Origin: Polyangiaceae bacterium
GTDB taxonomy: Bacteria; Myxococcota_A; Polyangia; Polyangiales; Polyangiaceae
Direction: 5' to 3'
Assembly: GCA_965222375.1 (NCBI GenBank)
Contig: CBDCTZ010000015.1
Span: 864,001 to 928,000, forward strand
DNA length: 64,000 nt
The notes under the pieces were generated by a model. It was not told the DNA's origin. It did no database searches and saw nothing but the letters and a program-made list of their open reading frames with translations. The position numbers and the translations under genes are program-made. This document shows positions 29,536 through 39,150 of this stretch, in pieces; the stretch's first letter is position 1, and every line of letters begins with the position of its first letter.

Positions 29536-30198
29536 TCAACCGGCCACGAGGTGTTTCTCCAACAAGTCGACGAAGAAGATACTGAAGCGCTCACGATCGG
29601 CGAGATCCGAGTCCCCAAGCCACTGGGGCTTCTGCTGAGAAGTGAGAAACCACGTGGGCAGCGCGGTGATCAACAAGACCACGGCGCCGCGCAGGTCGAC
29701 TGGGCGCACAATCCCACGCTTGCGCAAGTGCTCGAGGGCCACCTCCACGAGCGCGATGGCGTCGCCCTGCAAGCGCGCCTCCTGTTCGATGACTTGGGCG
29801 GGCTGCTCGAGTAGGCGGAATAGGGTGATGCGTAGAAACGGCGTGTTGTCCGACATGTAGTCGTACACATCGTCGACCAGCGTCTGCAGCTGCGCGCGAA
29901 GCTCGGATGCGTCCTGCACTCGACTGAGCGCCGCAACCAGCGGCGCAATGGCGCGAACGAAAGCCTGCTGACCCAAGCGGTACACTTCGCCAAACAGCGC
30001 GGGCTTGTCCCCAAAGTGATATTTCAGGGTCGCGAGATCGATGCCCGCGCGGGTGGCGATTTGGCGCAGGGAGGTGCCCTCGTAGCCACTGTCGGCAAAG
30101 GCGGCGGTGGCGGCCTGGAGCACTCGAGCGCGCGTCGCCTCGCCATTGGCGCGGGTCGCCTTTCGGCGTCGGATGGGACTGTCGTTGCGAAATTGCAC
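29536..30198 (-). CDS. TetR/AcrR family regulator
   Basis: HTH GYEGTSLRQIATRAGIDLATLKYHFGDK. Confidence 0.9.
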   Translation of the reverse strand: MQFRNDSPIRRRKATRANGEATRARVLQAATAAFADSGYEGTSLRQIATRAGIDLATLKYHFGDKPALFGEVYRLGQQAFVRAIAPLVAALSRVQDASELRAQLQTLVDDVYDYMSDNTPFLRITLFRLLEQPAQVIEQEARLQGDAIALVEVALEHLRKRGIVRPVDLRGAVVLLITALPTWFLTSQQKPQWLGDSDLADRERFSIFFVDLLEKHLVAG

Positions 30199-30226
30199 TG
30201 TTTTCCCTAGTTCCCAGTGAGGTTGC

Positions 30227-30269
30227 TTATTCCATCACAGAGTGGAATAATAATCCATCACTTGATGGA
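30227..30269. promoter_or_regulatory. Tandem pair of 16-bp palindromic operators (likely TetR sites)
   Basis: TCCATCACAGAGTGGA (30231-30246, extended arms TTATTCCA/TGGAATAA) and TCCATCACTTGATGGA (30254-30269), between divergent genes. Confidence 0.75.
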
Positions 30270-30279
30270 GAACAAGCTG

Positions 30280-31494
30280 ATGCAGATCGAAAAGCTCGAC
30301 GTCAATCCCCGTGCGGCCCGCTTCAACCGCCGGCTCGAACGGACGCTGAACACGGCCGTGCGTCGCGTCGACGGCGTCTTGGCCTTCACCCGTCTGGGCG
30401 GCCGCAAGGCGCGCTACGACGACGAAGCCTACGAGTTCATCGGCGGTGCCCGGGACGAGCTGCGTCGCAAACACTACGACAAGAGCCTGCGCCTGCTGTG
30501 GAAGGCCGAGCAGCACGCACCGTGGCTCGGTTTTCAAGACGCCGGCAAGCACGAACGATCTCTCTTGGAGCTCGCGGAGCAGTCGCTAACCGACGAAGAG
30601 AAGGCAGCGCGCAAACGGCTCAGCATGCCCGAGTACCGTGAGATGCTGAACCGCGAATACAGCGAGAGCCAGAAGCGGGCCATCGTTTCCGTCCTCAGCG
30701 CTATCGGACATGGCGAGGCGTATGCCTGGTTAGTATCCGCGGAACTACTCGGGGAAGTGAAGAGCACCGGCGCTCGCGCAGCGCTGACCATGCAGGTCAT
30801 GGAGGAAGCGAAGCACTTCGTCGTGCTGCGAGAGCTTCTCCAGGCTTTTGACGTGCCCATTCCGCGCCAATCCGCCTGGGAGTACATGCTGCTCGAAGGT
30901 GTCTCCAAGGCCAAAGGCTTGGAGAAGTTCTTCGGAATGAACGTCGTGGTCGAGGGCATCGCCCTGAGCCTTTTTGGTTTGATGAGCCACATGCCAGGAT
31001 TGGAAATCCTGCGGCTCTTCCACTTGGATGAGTCGCGACACACGGGCCTGCCCAGCAACTACTTCAAAGAGTTCCCGCTCAGCAAATGGCAGCGCTACAA
31101 CCCCGCGGCTCAAGCTCGCCGCATCAATCTGATCCTGCCGGCGCTGGGTCTGATCCCCTACCTCGAAGAGGACCTCGCGGAACTGGGCATCGACGCCTTC
31201 GAATTTGGTGGCTCCGTTCTGCGCAAGGTCTCCCATCTCGCCGAACGCAACGGCTTTCACTTCACGGTGCCTCGGGCCGTTCTCCTGGCTGAACTGAACG
31301 TCCTGTTCAACGGCTACTGCAAGTTGACCCGACCTGGGCACAGGTATCGAGACTTCATGGACTCGGACACGACCCGCGGCGAGCGCGAACGTGCCGTGGA
31401 GCGTGAAATCTTCTTTGACGGCAAGGCGAGATCGGAACGCAAGCCGGCTCGAGTCGCCGGCGGCGCGGGACACCCCCACGTGGCCCGCGCCTGA
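30280..31494 (+). CDS. Ferritin-like di-iron carboxylate protein (AurF/decarbonylase-like superfamily)
   Basis: GEAY, EEAKH, VEG and DESRH ligand pattern; GGAG before the ATG at 30280. Confidence 0.7.
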   Translation: MQIEKLDVNPRAARFNRRLERTLNTAVRRVDGVLAFTRLGGRKARYDDEAYEFIGGARDELRRKHYDKSLRLLWKAEQHAPWLGFQDAGKHERSLLELAEQSLTDEEKAARKRLSMPEYREMLNREYSESQKRAIVSVLSAIGHGEAYAWLVSAELLGEVKSTGARAALTMQVMEEAKHFVVLRELLQAFDVPIPRQSAWEYMLLEGVSKAKGLEKFFGMNVVVEGIALSLFGLMSHMPGLEILRLFHLDESRHTGLPSNYFKEFPLSKWQRYNPAAQARRINLILPALGLIPYLEEDLAELGIDAFEFGGSVLRKVSHLAERNGFHFTVPRAVLLAELNVLFNGYCKLTRPGHRYRDFMDSDTTRGERERAVEREIFFDGKARSERKPARVAGGAGHPHVARA

Positions 31495-31678
31495 TTCGCG
31501 GCGTCCAGCGAGGCGCTAGCGGCTGCCGCTCGAGGGTTTGCGCGAGGCGAAGCTTGGGGAGCCACACCCAAGTTCGCCAGTAGCGAAGCTTTTGCGTGGT
31601 CGTAACACCGCTCAACTGCCGCGCGGATTGGTCTACACTTCCAACTCTCGCTGGTCTTCGTAGACAACCGTCCCAGTC

Positions 31679-33856
31679 ATGGCAGCAAAGAAGAAGCTTC
31701 CACCTTCGGAGCTAGATGCACCGACGGTTCCGAGCATTCCTTTCGATGTCATCACGGAGTCCGAAGATCTGCCGACCTTGGTCGAAGCCGCGCACGAGCT
31801 CGAGACGATGCATGCGGTGCCGGACTTCGCGCAGGAAGACGATCTGCCAACTGACATCCAACACGAGCTACCCTTCAGCAGCCCTGACGCCAGTGAGCAT
31901 ACAGCGGTCACCAAGGAATACGCACAGCCGCTACCCAGCGACGCTCGGCCACCGCCCAAGAGTTCGCACCCGGCACCCAGGAGTTCCCGCCCGCCACCCA
32001 AGAGTTCGCGCCCGCCACCCAAGAGTTCGCGGCCGGCACCCAAGAGTTCGCGCCCGGCACCCAGGAGTTCCCGCCCGCCGAGGCCTGCGCAATCGTCCAG
32101 AGCTCCCGCGGCGGCCCCCAGCACGGTGCGTTCTTTCCCCGCGCCGCCGCCACAGGTTCCACGCCCCGCAGGGGCTCCAATGGCCGTAGCAGAACCGCCA
32201 GTCACGCGCATCGCGAAGGCGCCACCGTTGCCTCCCTCCAAAGTGGCCACGGCGCCGATGCCCACCACAGCGGATAAGCGAAAAGAGAAGGCCCGAACCC
32301 AGCCCATCGTCGCGAAACCAGCTCCAGCACCGCCGCAAGCACCCCCACCCCCACCGGCTCGGGAATCGCCCACGGTGGATCCCTTGGAAGTGCCCTCCCT
32401 TGCTGCAGCGCTCGCACCGTTCCAACCCGGGGCCCAAGGCGCAGCCCCTCCTGTCGCCGCACCCGCCTCGCCTGAACGTCACGGCGGCGCTGACACCGGC
32501 GCCGACATTCCACCCAGGGCGCCGCAACCGATGCCGTATCACCCCCTGCCGCCCCCAGTGTGGCAGCCAGAAGTGGACGCACCGACCAACAAGCTGCCTG
32601 CGCTGGAAGACGCAACCAACACGCTGCCCGCTGTCTCCGCACGTCCGCCGCCGCGCCGTGGCCTGGTTGGACTCGCAATCGTCGCGGCCTCCGCACTCGT
32701 GGTCGCAGCGGTGTTGATGGGACTGGCCGCGCTGTGGTGGGTGCGCCGTAGCGACACCAGCGTCGCAGAACGAACACCACAACCACCCGTGGCGAGCGCA
32801 CCCGCGGCGGCCGGCACCAAGCAAGCCGAGACGAAGGCGTCGACCCAGTCCGCAGCACCCTCTGCAACGACCTCCTCAGCACCGGCTGCGGCCAAGTCCG
32901 CCATGCTGAACTGCACACTTGCGAAGCCGTCAATCAGAATTGCTGAAGACGTCGTGCGTGGCGGCTCATTGGCCAGCGCCAGCTTCGGCGACAAGGTCGC
33001 GGTTGGCTACCCCGCGGCTCGATTCGCCGCGCGAGGAATCGAAATCAACGTCAAGACCCTGTCCACCCGAATCTTGTTCAGCGAAGACTTCACTCGCCCA
33101 GTGTTTCGGGTCACTCCACTACCCGGCCCGCAGCCGAAGGACTTCGCCGTCGACCACGATGATCCGCGGCTGAAGTCCGTACGCACCGTCCCGGCTCGGC
33201 CCGCGTTCCAGATCGGCGTGAACTACTTCGGAGTCGTGCGACTGCGGGAACAGGGTGAACCCGAACTGATCTGGGAGGGCGGGCGCAACCAAGACATCAG
33301 CGAGCCGAGCTTCGCGAAGAGCGCCAAAGGGCATGCCGTCGCTTTTCGCCGCGGTCGCTTTTCCGACCGCCTGCAGGTTGGCTGGCTCACCGACTCGGGC
33401 GGCAAGCAAAGTGATCTCGGGGAGCTGGTCGTCGCAGGTAGCCAACTCGGTCCGCCAGCCTTGGCGGCTTCAGATACCGAGATCCTGGTCGCGGTCAGCG
33501 CCAAGTCTCCGGACGGGACTCAGCGTCTGCACCTAGCTCATGCTTCGGCAGGGTCGATGCCAGGCAGATTGACCGAACTGTCTACAACGGGTGACCAAGC
33601 CACCTGGCCAAGCGTAGTGGCGCTCCCGAACAAGCTCTGGTTGGTGCAGTGGATTGCGTCTGATCAAGTCATCGCGCAGATTGTCGACGGATCTGCGAAG
33701 CCCGTCGGCAAGCCGCTGCGGATTTCCACCGCCGGGCAGGCCGTGGGGGCACAACCGACGGCAGTCGCCCGCGCAGGCTCGTCCCTCGTCTCACTCTATC
33801 CAGTCATCAACGGGCGCCACATCGAGCTGTGGGCAGCGGGCATCGGCTGCTCCTAG
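31679..33856 (+). CDS. Pro-rich single-pass membrane protein with extracytoplasmic beta-rich domain
   Basis: Acidic/Pro-rich N-half, one TM segment (GLVGLAIV...LWWV), globular C-half. Confidence 0.7.
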   Translation: MAAKKKLPPSELDAPTVPSIPFDVITESEDLPTLVEAAHELETMHAVPDFAQEDDLPTDIQHELPFSSPDASEHTAVTKEYAQPLPSDARPPPKSSHPAPRSSRPPPKSSRPPPKSSRPAPKSSRPAPRSSRPPRPAQSSRAPAAAPSTVRSFPAPPPQVPRPAGAPMAVAEPPVTRIAKAPPLPPSKVATAPMPTTADKRKEKARTQPIVAKPAPAPPQAPPPPPARESPTVDPLEVPSLAAALAPFQPGAQGAAPPVAAPASPERHGGADTGADIPPRAPQPMPYHPLPPPVWQPEVDAPTNKLPALEDATNTLPAVSARPPPRRGLVGLAIVAASALVVAAVLMGLAALWWVRRSDTSVAERTPQPPVASAPAAAGTKQAETKASTQSAAPSATTSSAPAAAKSAMLNCTLAKPSIRIAEDVVRGGSLASASFGDKVAVGYPAARFAARGIEINVKTLSTRILFSEDFTRPVFRVTPLPGPQPKDFAVDHDDPRLKSVRTVPARPAFQIGVNYFGVVRLREQGEPELIWEGGRNQDISEPSFAKSAKGHAVAFRRGRFSDRLQVGWLTDSGGKQSDLGELVVAGSQLGPPALAASDTEILVAVSAKSPDGTQRLHLAHASAGSMPGRLTELSTTGDQATWPSVVALPNKLWLVQWIASDQVIAQIVDGSAKPVGKPLRISTAGQAVGAQPTAVARAGSSLVSLYPVINGRHIELWAAGIGCS
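31952..32077 (+). repeat. Intragenic 21-bp tandem repeat x6 (P/A-P-K/R-S-S-R/H-P)
   Basis: SCRCCCARGAGTTCSCRSCCG-type units visible directly. Confidence 0.85.
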
Positions 33857-33866
33857 CGGCTCGACC

Positions 33867-34730
33867 TCACACGCAGACGGGGCAGCCGCACGTGAGGTTC
33901 TTGCCGTCCGTGGCGCCGTCGCAAACGAGGCCGGGACCGTTGCATAGCGACTTGGCGCACGCGCACGACAGGGGCTGACCCACGCAGGGGTTCTTGGCGC
34001 AGTTGAAGTGAACGCCGAAGCCTTGATAGATCTTCACGCAGATCTCGCCACCCTGGCAGATCTGCCCACCGCACTGAAACGCGCCTCCGCAGGCTTGTCC
34101 GTTGCTCGCAGAACCGCCATTCCAGGTGCCGCCGTTGCATTGCCGTTGGTGCGTGACCTGTTGACCGTTTTCGCACCGCTTGTAGTCGCACTGCATCCCC
34201 GCGTGGCAGGGTCCGCAGGCGCTGCCGTTCTTGGGTACCTCGAGCGGGCAAACAGGCTGCGGACACGGCGGCGCCGAAACCTGCCACTTGCCACCATAGC
34301 AATTGGCAAGGACGGGACAGCAGTCGCCATAGCTGCACTCGAGTCCTTCGGGGGCACAGCTCGCGCCGTGATTCGGAATCGATGTCGGACAGGTTCCAGT
34401 TCCGCCACCGGTGCCACCGCCACCTACAGCTCCAGTACCTGCGCTGCCCCCACCACCAACGGCTCCAGTACCTGCGCTGCCCCCACCACCAACGGCTCCG
34501 GTGCCCGCGCCACCTCCGCTGCCCGAGTTTGCGCCAGTTCCCGCCATCGCTCCCGTGCCCGCGCTCGCTCCCGTGCCCGCGCTCGCGCCCGCGCTCGCGC
34601 CCGTGCCGGCGGCCGCACCGGATCCCGCCGAGCCGCCCGTCCCAAAGAGGTCGCTATTCGTCGACCCGCCGCAGGCTGCCACCAGCACTACGGCCAGGCC
34701 GGATATCGATGCCACCGCGGTCTTTTTCAT
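33867..34730 (-). CDS. Cys-rich lipoprotein with Gly-repeat linker
   Basis: MKKTAVA...VAAC lipobox; duplicated SAGTGAVGGGG linker; CPxxxPxxGxxC modules. Confidence 0.75.
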   Translation of the reverse strand: MKKTAVASISGLAVVLVAACGGSTNSDLFGTGGSAGSGAAAGTGASAGASAGTGASAGTGAMAGTGANSGSGGGAGTGAVGGGGSAGTGAVGGGGSAGTGAVGGGGTGGGTGTCPTSIPNHGASCAPEGLECSYGDCCPVLANCYGGKWQVSAPPCPQPVCPLEVPKNGSACGPCHAGMQCDYKRCENGQQVTHQRQCNGGTWNGGSASNGQACGGAFQCGGQICQGGEICVKIYQGFGVHFNCAKNPCVGQPLSCACAKSLCNGPGLVCDGATDGKNLTCGCPVCV

Positions 34731-34975
34731 CGAGCCGATCAGATGCAGCGCGCGTGCCAGACGACAATCAGCGATCTCGCAGCGATCTGGGTCCGGCGTG
34801 CCACCCGAGGGCTGGCACGGCCGCGACAATGCGGTCACGACAATCCTCGGCGATTGTGCGGGATTAGGGAGCCATGCTGACCCAGCTCCGCGACCCAAAC
34901 CAACCAACAAAGGGAACCCTGTCTTGAACCGAGTGCACGCGACGGACAACTCGGGATAGACTCCACTCTAGGCCA

Positions 34976-35977
34976 ATGAAGCGATCCATTCCGAGCTTGA
35001 TGACCGCCTCCGCACTGTTGCTGTACGGCCAAGTTGCCCTTGGTCAAGATGCCGCCGCCGCCGAGGCTTTGTTCGACGACGGGCTGGCAGCGATGAAGGC
35101 CGGAGACTTCGACAAGGCGTGCCCAAAGATCAGCGAGAGCTTCCGCTTGGAGGCACGTCCGGGAACCTTGTTCACCGTGGCCGAGTGCTGGCGCAAAGCC
35201 GGCAAGACCGCGACAGCGCTCGCGCGATACAACGAATACCTGCGCGTCTTCGAGCGCATGACCAAGAAGGAAAAGAAGGGTCAACGCGGTCGTGACAAGT
35301 TCGCCAAGAAGCACGCCGCCGCTTTGAAGAAATCCGTGCCGCGCCTTGTGGTGCGGTTGGCCAAAGACGCCCCAGCCGGCACTACCGTGAAGCGTGACGG
35401 CACTGAGTTGGGCACGCCGTCCCTCGGCACGCCCCTGCCCGTTGATCCGGGTGAGCATGTGCTCACCGCCCGTGCAGACAATGGCGCAACGGCAGAGCGC
35501 ACCGTCGCTATCAAAGAAGGCGAAACCCGAGAGGTGACGTTGCGACTGACCGCACCCGCGCATTCAGAAGATGTCACCCCGGCCCCGGTTGGCGCGCCCG
35601 TCGACCCGGGCACGGCTGAGCCCCAACAGGACAAAGCCGGAGACGGCAGCGGCCAGCGAACCACGGGCTTGGTGCTGATGGGCGTCGGCGCAGCAGGCGT
35701 CGTCGTCGGCACGGTAACCGGACTGATGGTGCTCGGTAAGAAGGGCACCATCGAGGACAACTGCGGGATCGGCGGCGACGAGACAGCTTGCAGCGCCGAC
35801 GGCGTCTCCGAGGCTGACAGCGCCAAGACCCTGGCCCTGGTCAGCACGATTGGGTTCGGAATTGGCATCGCGGGCCTGGGCGCTGGGGCGACCCTCTTCT
35901 TCACGGCTCCCAAGCCCTCGACCGCCCGGCGCCGCTCCCCCGGGGGCGCCAGCGTGACCCTCGCCGGCACATTTTGA
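34976..35977 (+). CDS. TPR + PEGA-like domain exported/membrane protein
   Basis: Signal peptide; AEALFDDG...ACPKISES TPR-like helices; LPVDPGEH; two C-terminal hydrophobic segments. Confidence 0.75.
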   Translation: MKRSIPSLMTASALLLYGQVALGQDAAAAEALFDDGLAAMKAGDFDKACPKISESFRLEARPGTLFTVAECWRKAGKTATALARYNEYLRVFERMTKKEKKGQRGRDKFAKKHAAALKKSVPRLVVRLAKDAPAGTTVKRDGTELGTPSLGTPLPVDPGEHVLTARADNGATAERTVAIKEGETREVTLRLTAPAHSEDVTPAPVGAPVDPGTAEPQQDKAGDGSGQRTTGLVLMGVGAAGVVVGTVTGLMVLGKKGTIEDNCGIGGDETACSADGVSEADSAKTLALVSTIGFGIGIAGLGAGATLFFTAPKPSTARRRSPGGASVTLAGTF

Positions 35978-36046
35978 CCGTTCTTCGCGGCCGCGGCCCC
36001 TCTGGGCTAAGATCCGAGACATGCACGGCCGCAATTTGTCCAAGTT

Positions 36047-37843
36047 GTGGCAAGACTCGGGGCCCATGCCCAGGTCTGGCCCAGCCGTGCTTTGTGGTTT
36101 CGCGCCCAGCCTACGCAGCAACCTAGTGGCGGGGAGGAGGATCCTTTGCGGGTAGGCCTGGATCTGCCGCCCAGCAGCGTCTTCGGGAAGCGCTACCGCA
36201 TCAGCCGTCGCGTCGGCGCGGGCGGCTTTGGCAGCGTCTACGAGGCGACGCACCTCGTGACCGGGCGCCCGTGTGCCCTCAAGGTGCTACTGCCTCATCT
36301 CGCCAAGGACCAGAAGTTCCGGGATGGCTTTCTGCGAGAGTCCAGAGTCACCGCTCAGATCCAGAGTTCCAATATCGTCGACGTGCTCGACGCCGGGATC
36401 GACGAAGAGACTGACACGCCCTTCATCGTGATGGAGCTGCTCGAAGGCGAGGATCTTTCCAAGCGCCTCAAGCGCAAGACCCGCTTCACTGCGGAGGAGA
36501 CGGCGGTCTACCTCGCCCAAGTCGGGCTAGCTCTCGACCAGACCCACCGGCACTCCATCATCCACCGCGATCTGAAGCCCCCGAACTTGTTTCTGACCCG
36601 TGGCGACGATGGGGGGCCACTGATCAAGATTCTCGACTTTGGCATCGCGAAAGCCCTGGCCGCTCAATCCATCAAGGCGACTCAGGGTGCCGGCACTCCG
36701 CTGTACATGGCCCCGGAGCAGTTCCGCGGCGAGTCCGTAACTCCGATGGTGGATGTGTATGCCGTCGGCATGCTGGCCTTCATCTTTTTGGCCGGGCAGC
36801 ACTACTACAAGCTCGAGCGAAGGCAGGGGGCCAACGCTCTGAAGATGGCCATGGCCATCGTGGGCGGGCCATCGCAACCAGCGAGCGTTCGCGCCAAGGC
36901 GTACGAGGCGGACATTCCAACCAGCTTCGATCCGTGGTTCGCGAAGATCTCTCACCCGGATCCGAAGCAGCGATTTTCGGGCGCCAAAGAAGCGGCGATC
37001 GAGTTGTGTCGCTGCCTTGGGGTAGCCGTGCCGGAGCAACTGCTCGCTGAGCGCACGGCGCCCAAAATCGGCGCACTGACAGCGATGGTGGACGCAGCGA
37101 ACAACCCTCTGCACGCGCTCAGGAACTCGATGCCCCAACAACCCCCGGTGTCCGCAGCGGAGACCCGCAAGGCTCCGTACAGCAATCCGACCGTTGGCGC
37201 TGCGGGAGTGCCTCTGGCTTCGACCAAGCCGTCCGCGAGCGCCGGCGCATCGGCTCCCGCTTCGGATCAACTGCAGACTCAGGCGCGGGGACAGGCCGCA
37301 ACGGCCGACGCACGCGCCCAATTGGCAAGCGTCGACGCGATCACGGGAATGCCCACCGCAGTCGCCACCGGCGCATCCGCTGCGCGGCCCCAACCCAAGA
37401 GGAAGAGTGCCGCGCTGCTGATGGCGCTGGCTACGGCCGGCGGACTACTCGTGCTCCTGCTGATCGCAGGCGGCGTGTTGTGGAGCCGCAGCTCGGCGCA
37501 ATCCGCGGAAGCGTTGACGGGTCTGCCTGCCACCGAGGAGCCGAACGCATCCGCGGCAAGCGCCCCGCAGTCGGGCGCCCCTGCACCCGAGGCGACGGGT
37601 GCCGCTGCCGAAACCGATCCCAAACCTGAGGCCACCCAGGAGCCCACCTCCGAAAAGCCGCCGACCAGCGAACCCCAGAAGTCGAGCACGCCTGAAGCCT
37701 CACCCATCGAAAACCGACCCGCTTCTAGGCCGAAGCCAAAATCGGATCCGAAACCCAGCGCCAAACCCCAGTCGAAGCCAAAGCCGAAACCGACACCCAA
37801 GCCGAAACCCGAAACTCCCGACGATCTGTACTCCCGGGAGTAG
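36047..37843 (+). CDS. Membrane-bound Hanks-type Ser/Thr kinase (start uncertain)
   Basis: VGAGGFGSVY, HRDLKPPN, DFG, APE; TM helix; PK-rich tail. Confidence 0.9.
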   Translation: MARLGAHAQVWPSRALWFRAQPTQQPSGGEEDPLRVGLDLPPSSVFGKRYRISRRVGAGGFGSVYEATHLVTGRPCALKVLLPHLAKDQKFRDGFLRESRVTAQIQSSNIVDVLDAGIDEETDTPFIVMELLEGEDLSKRLKRKTRFTAEETAVYLAQVGLALDQTHRHSIIHRDLKPPNLFLTRGDDGGPLIKILDFGIAKALAAQSIKATQGAGTPLYMAPEQFRGESVTPMVDVYAVGMLAFIFLAGQHYYKLERRQGANALKMAMAIVGGPSQPASVRAKAYEADIPTSFDPWFAKISHPDPKQRFSGAKEAAIELCRCLGVAVPEQLLAERTAPKIGALTAMVDAANNPLHALRNSMPQQPPVSAAETRKAPYSNPTVGAAGVPLASTKPSASAGASAPASDQLQTQARGQAATADARAQLASVDAITGMPTAVATGASAARPQPKRKSAALLMALATAGGLLVLLLIAGGVLWSRSSAQSAEALTGLPATEEPNASAASAPQSGAPAPEATGAAAETDPKPEATQEPTSEKPPTSEPQKSSTPEASPIENRPASRPKPKSDPKPSAKPQSKPKPKPTPKPKPETPDDLYSRE

Positions 37844-37975
37844 AGGCCCGACCTGGTTCTTGGCGGCACGGAGCGGACCGAGGTCCTGCCGGTCGCAACC
37901 AGAAACGCCCAAGGCCGCCACTTTCGTGCGAAGGAAGCGGCCCTGAGGTAACCTTGGGTTTGGCAGGGAGGCCCC

Positions 37976-38989
37976 ATGACTTCAAAACACTTCGCACTAT
38001 TCGCAACAATTCTCGCACTCGGATGCAGCAGTGACTCGGACAGCGGCGGCTCCGGCGGAAGCTCCGGAGGCGGCTCCGGTGGCTCCGACGCCTCAGCTGG
38101 TGGCAGCTCCGGCAGTTCAGGAAGCGGCGGCACCAGTGGCAGCGCCGGAAGCGGTGGAGGCAGCGCCGGAACCGCGGGAACCGCGGGAACCGCGGGAACC
38201 GCGGGAAGCGCAGGAGCGGCAGGCAGCGCGGGCGGCGGCGCGTGCAACCCCGCTTGCGAGTCCGATCGCAATTGCTGCAACGGCAAGTGCGCCAACCTCC
38301 AGAACGATCCACGCAACTGCGGCAAGTGCGGAAACGCGTGCAAAGACACCGAGTGGTGCAACGGAGCTGGCAAGTGTGAAACCCGACCGTGCACGACCAC
38401 ATGCGCCGACAAGAACCGATGCTGCGGCGGCGTATGCTGCGGCGCGGGCGAAATCTGCTGTGACTTGCAGGGTCCCGTTTCGAAGGGACCGGAGTGCACC
38501 AAGCCGAGCGACCAAGGCACCTGCCCCCAGGGTTGTGCGCCCAAGTGCAAATGCGCATCTCCGGACTCGCTGATCGCGACTCCCCAAGGCGACCGACCCA
38601 TCGCGGACCTGAAGGTTGGCGATCTGGTGTACAGCATGCACCAGGGCGAGCTAGCCATCGTGCCTATCCTGAAGACGCAGCGCATTCCCGCGGCCAACCA
38701 CCACGTGGTGCGTCTCACCTTCGTCGGCGGCGCACGCATCGAGATGAGCGCGCCGCACCCCACCGCCGACGGGCGTACTTTCGGTGAGCTCAAAGCAGGT
38801 CAGAGTGTCGACGGCGTCACCCTCGCCGACGTGCGCGTCATCCCCTACGAGCACGACGCGACCTACGACATCCTGCCCCAGTCCGACACTGGCGCGTACT
38901 TCGCCAGTGGCGTGCTCGTGGGCACGACGATGAAGCTCGAGCCGGTTCTCACCACGTCGAGCAGCGCTCCAGTCAGCGCGCTTCGATAA
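37976..38989 (+). CDS. Cys-rich (Stig1-like) lipoprotein with C-terminal Hint domain, copy 2
   Basis: Lipobox ALGC; DPRNCGKCG; CASPDSLIATPQG, SAPH, TYDI, GVLVGTT; close paralog of 26543-27490. Confidence 0.8.
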   Translation: MTSKHFALFATILALGCSSDSDSGGSGGSSGGGSGGSDASAGGSSGSSGSGGTSGSAGSGGGSAGTAGTAGTAGTAGSAGAAGSAGGGACNPACESDRNCCNGKCANLQNDPRNCGKCGNACKDTEWCNGAGKCETRPCTTTCADKNRCCGGVCCGAGEICCDLQGPVSKGPECTKPSDQGTCPQGCAPKCKCASPDSLIATPQGDRPIADLKVGDLVYSMHQGELAIVPILKTQRIPAANHHVVRLTFVGGARIEMSAPHPTADGRTFGELKAGQSVDGVTLADVRVIPYEHDATYDILPQSDTGAYFASGVLVGTTMKLEPVLTTSSSAPVSALR

Positions 38990-39000
38990 CGCTCTAGCCA

Positions 39001-39028
39001 GCGGCGGCCCTTCAGCTTGGGCCGCCGC
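39001..39028. terminator. GC-rich hairpin between convergent genes (possible terminator)
   Basis: GCGGCGGCCC-TTCAGCTT-GGGCCGCCGC, 10-bp stem; no U-tract. Confidence 0.45.
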
Positions 39029-39150
39029 GGCATGAACTACGCACCTTCGATACGCTTGCTGTTTGGGGGTCGGTTCCCTATTCGAGCCAGGGCACTACTC
39101 CCGCCCTATCCCTTGCGGCCGCGGATCGCGAAGGGTCCTGAACTCGATCT

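Noticed and set aside
37279..38793. 504-aa minus-strand ORF
   Set aside because: Antisense shadow of the kinase and Hint lipoprotein genes, as expected in high-GC DNA
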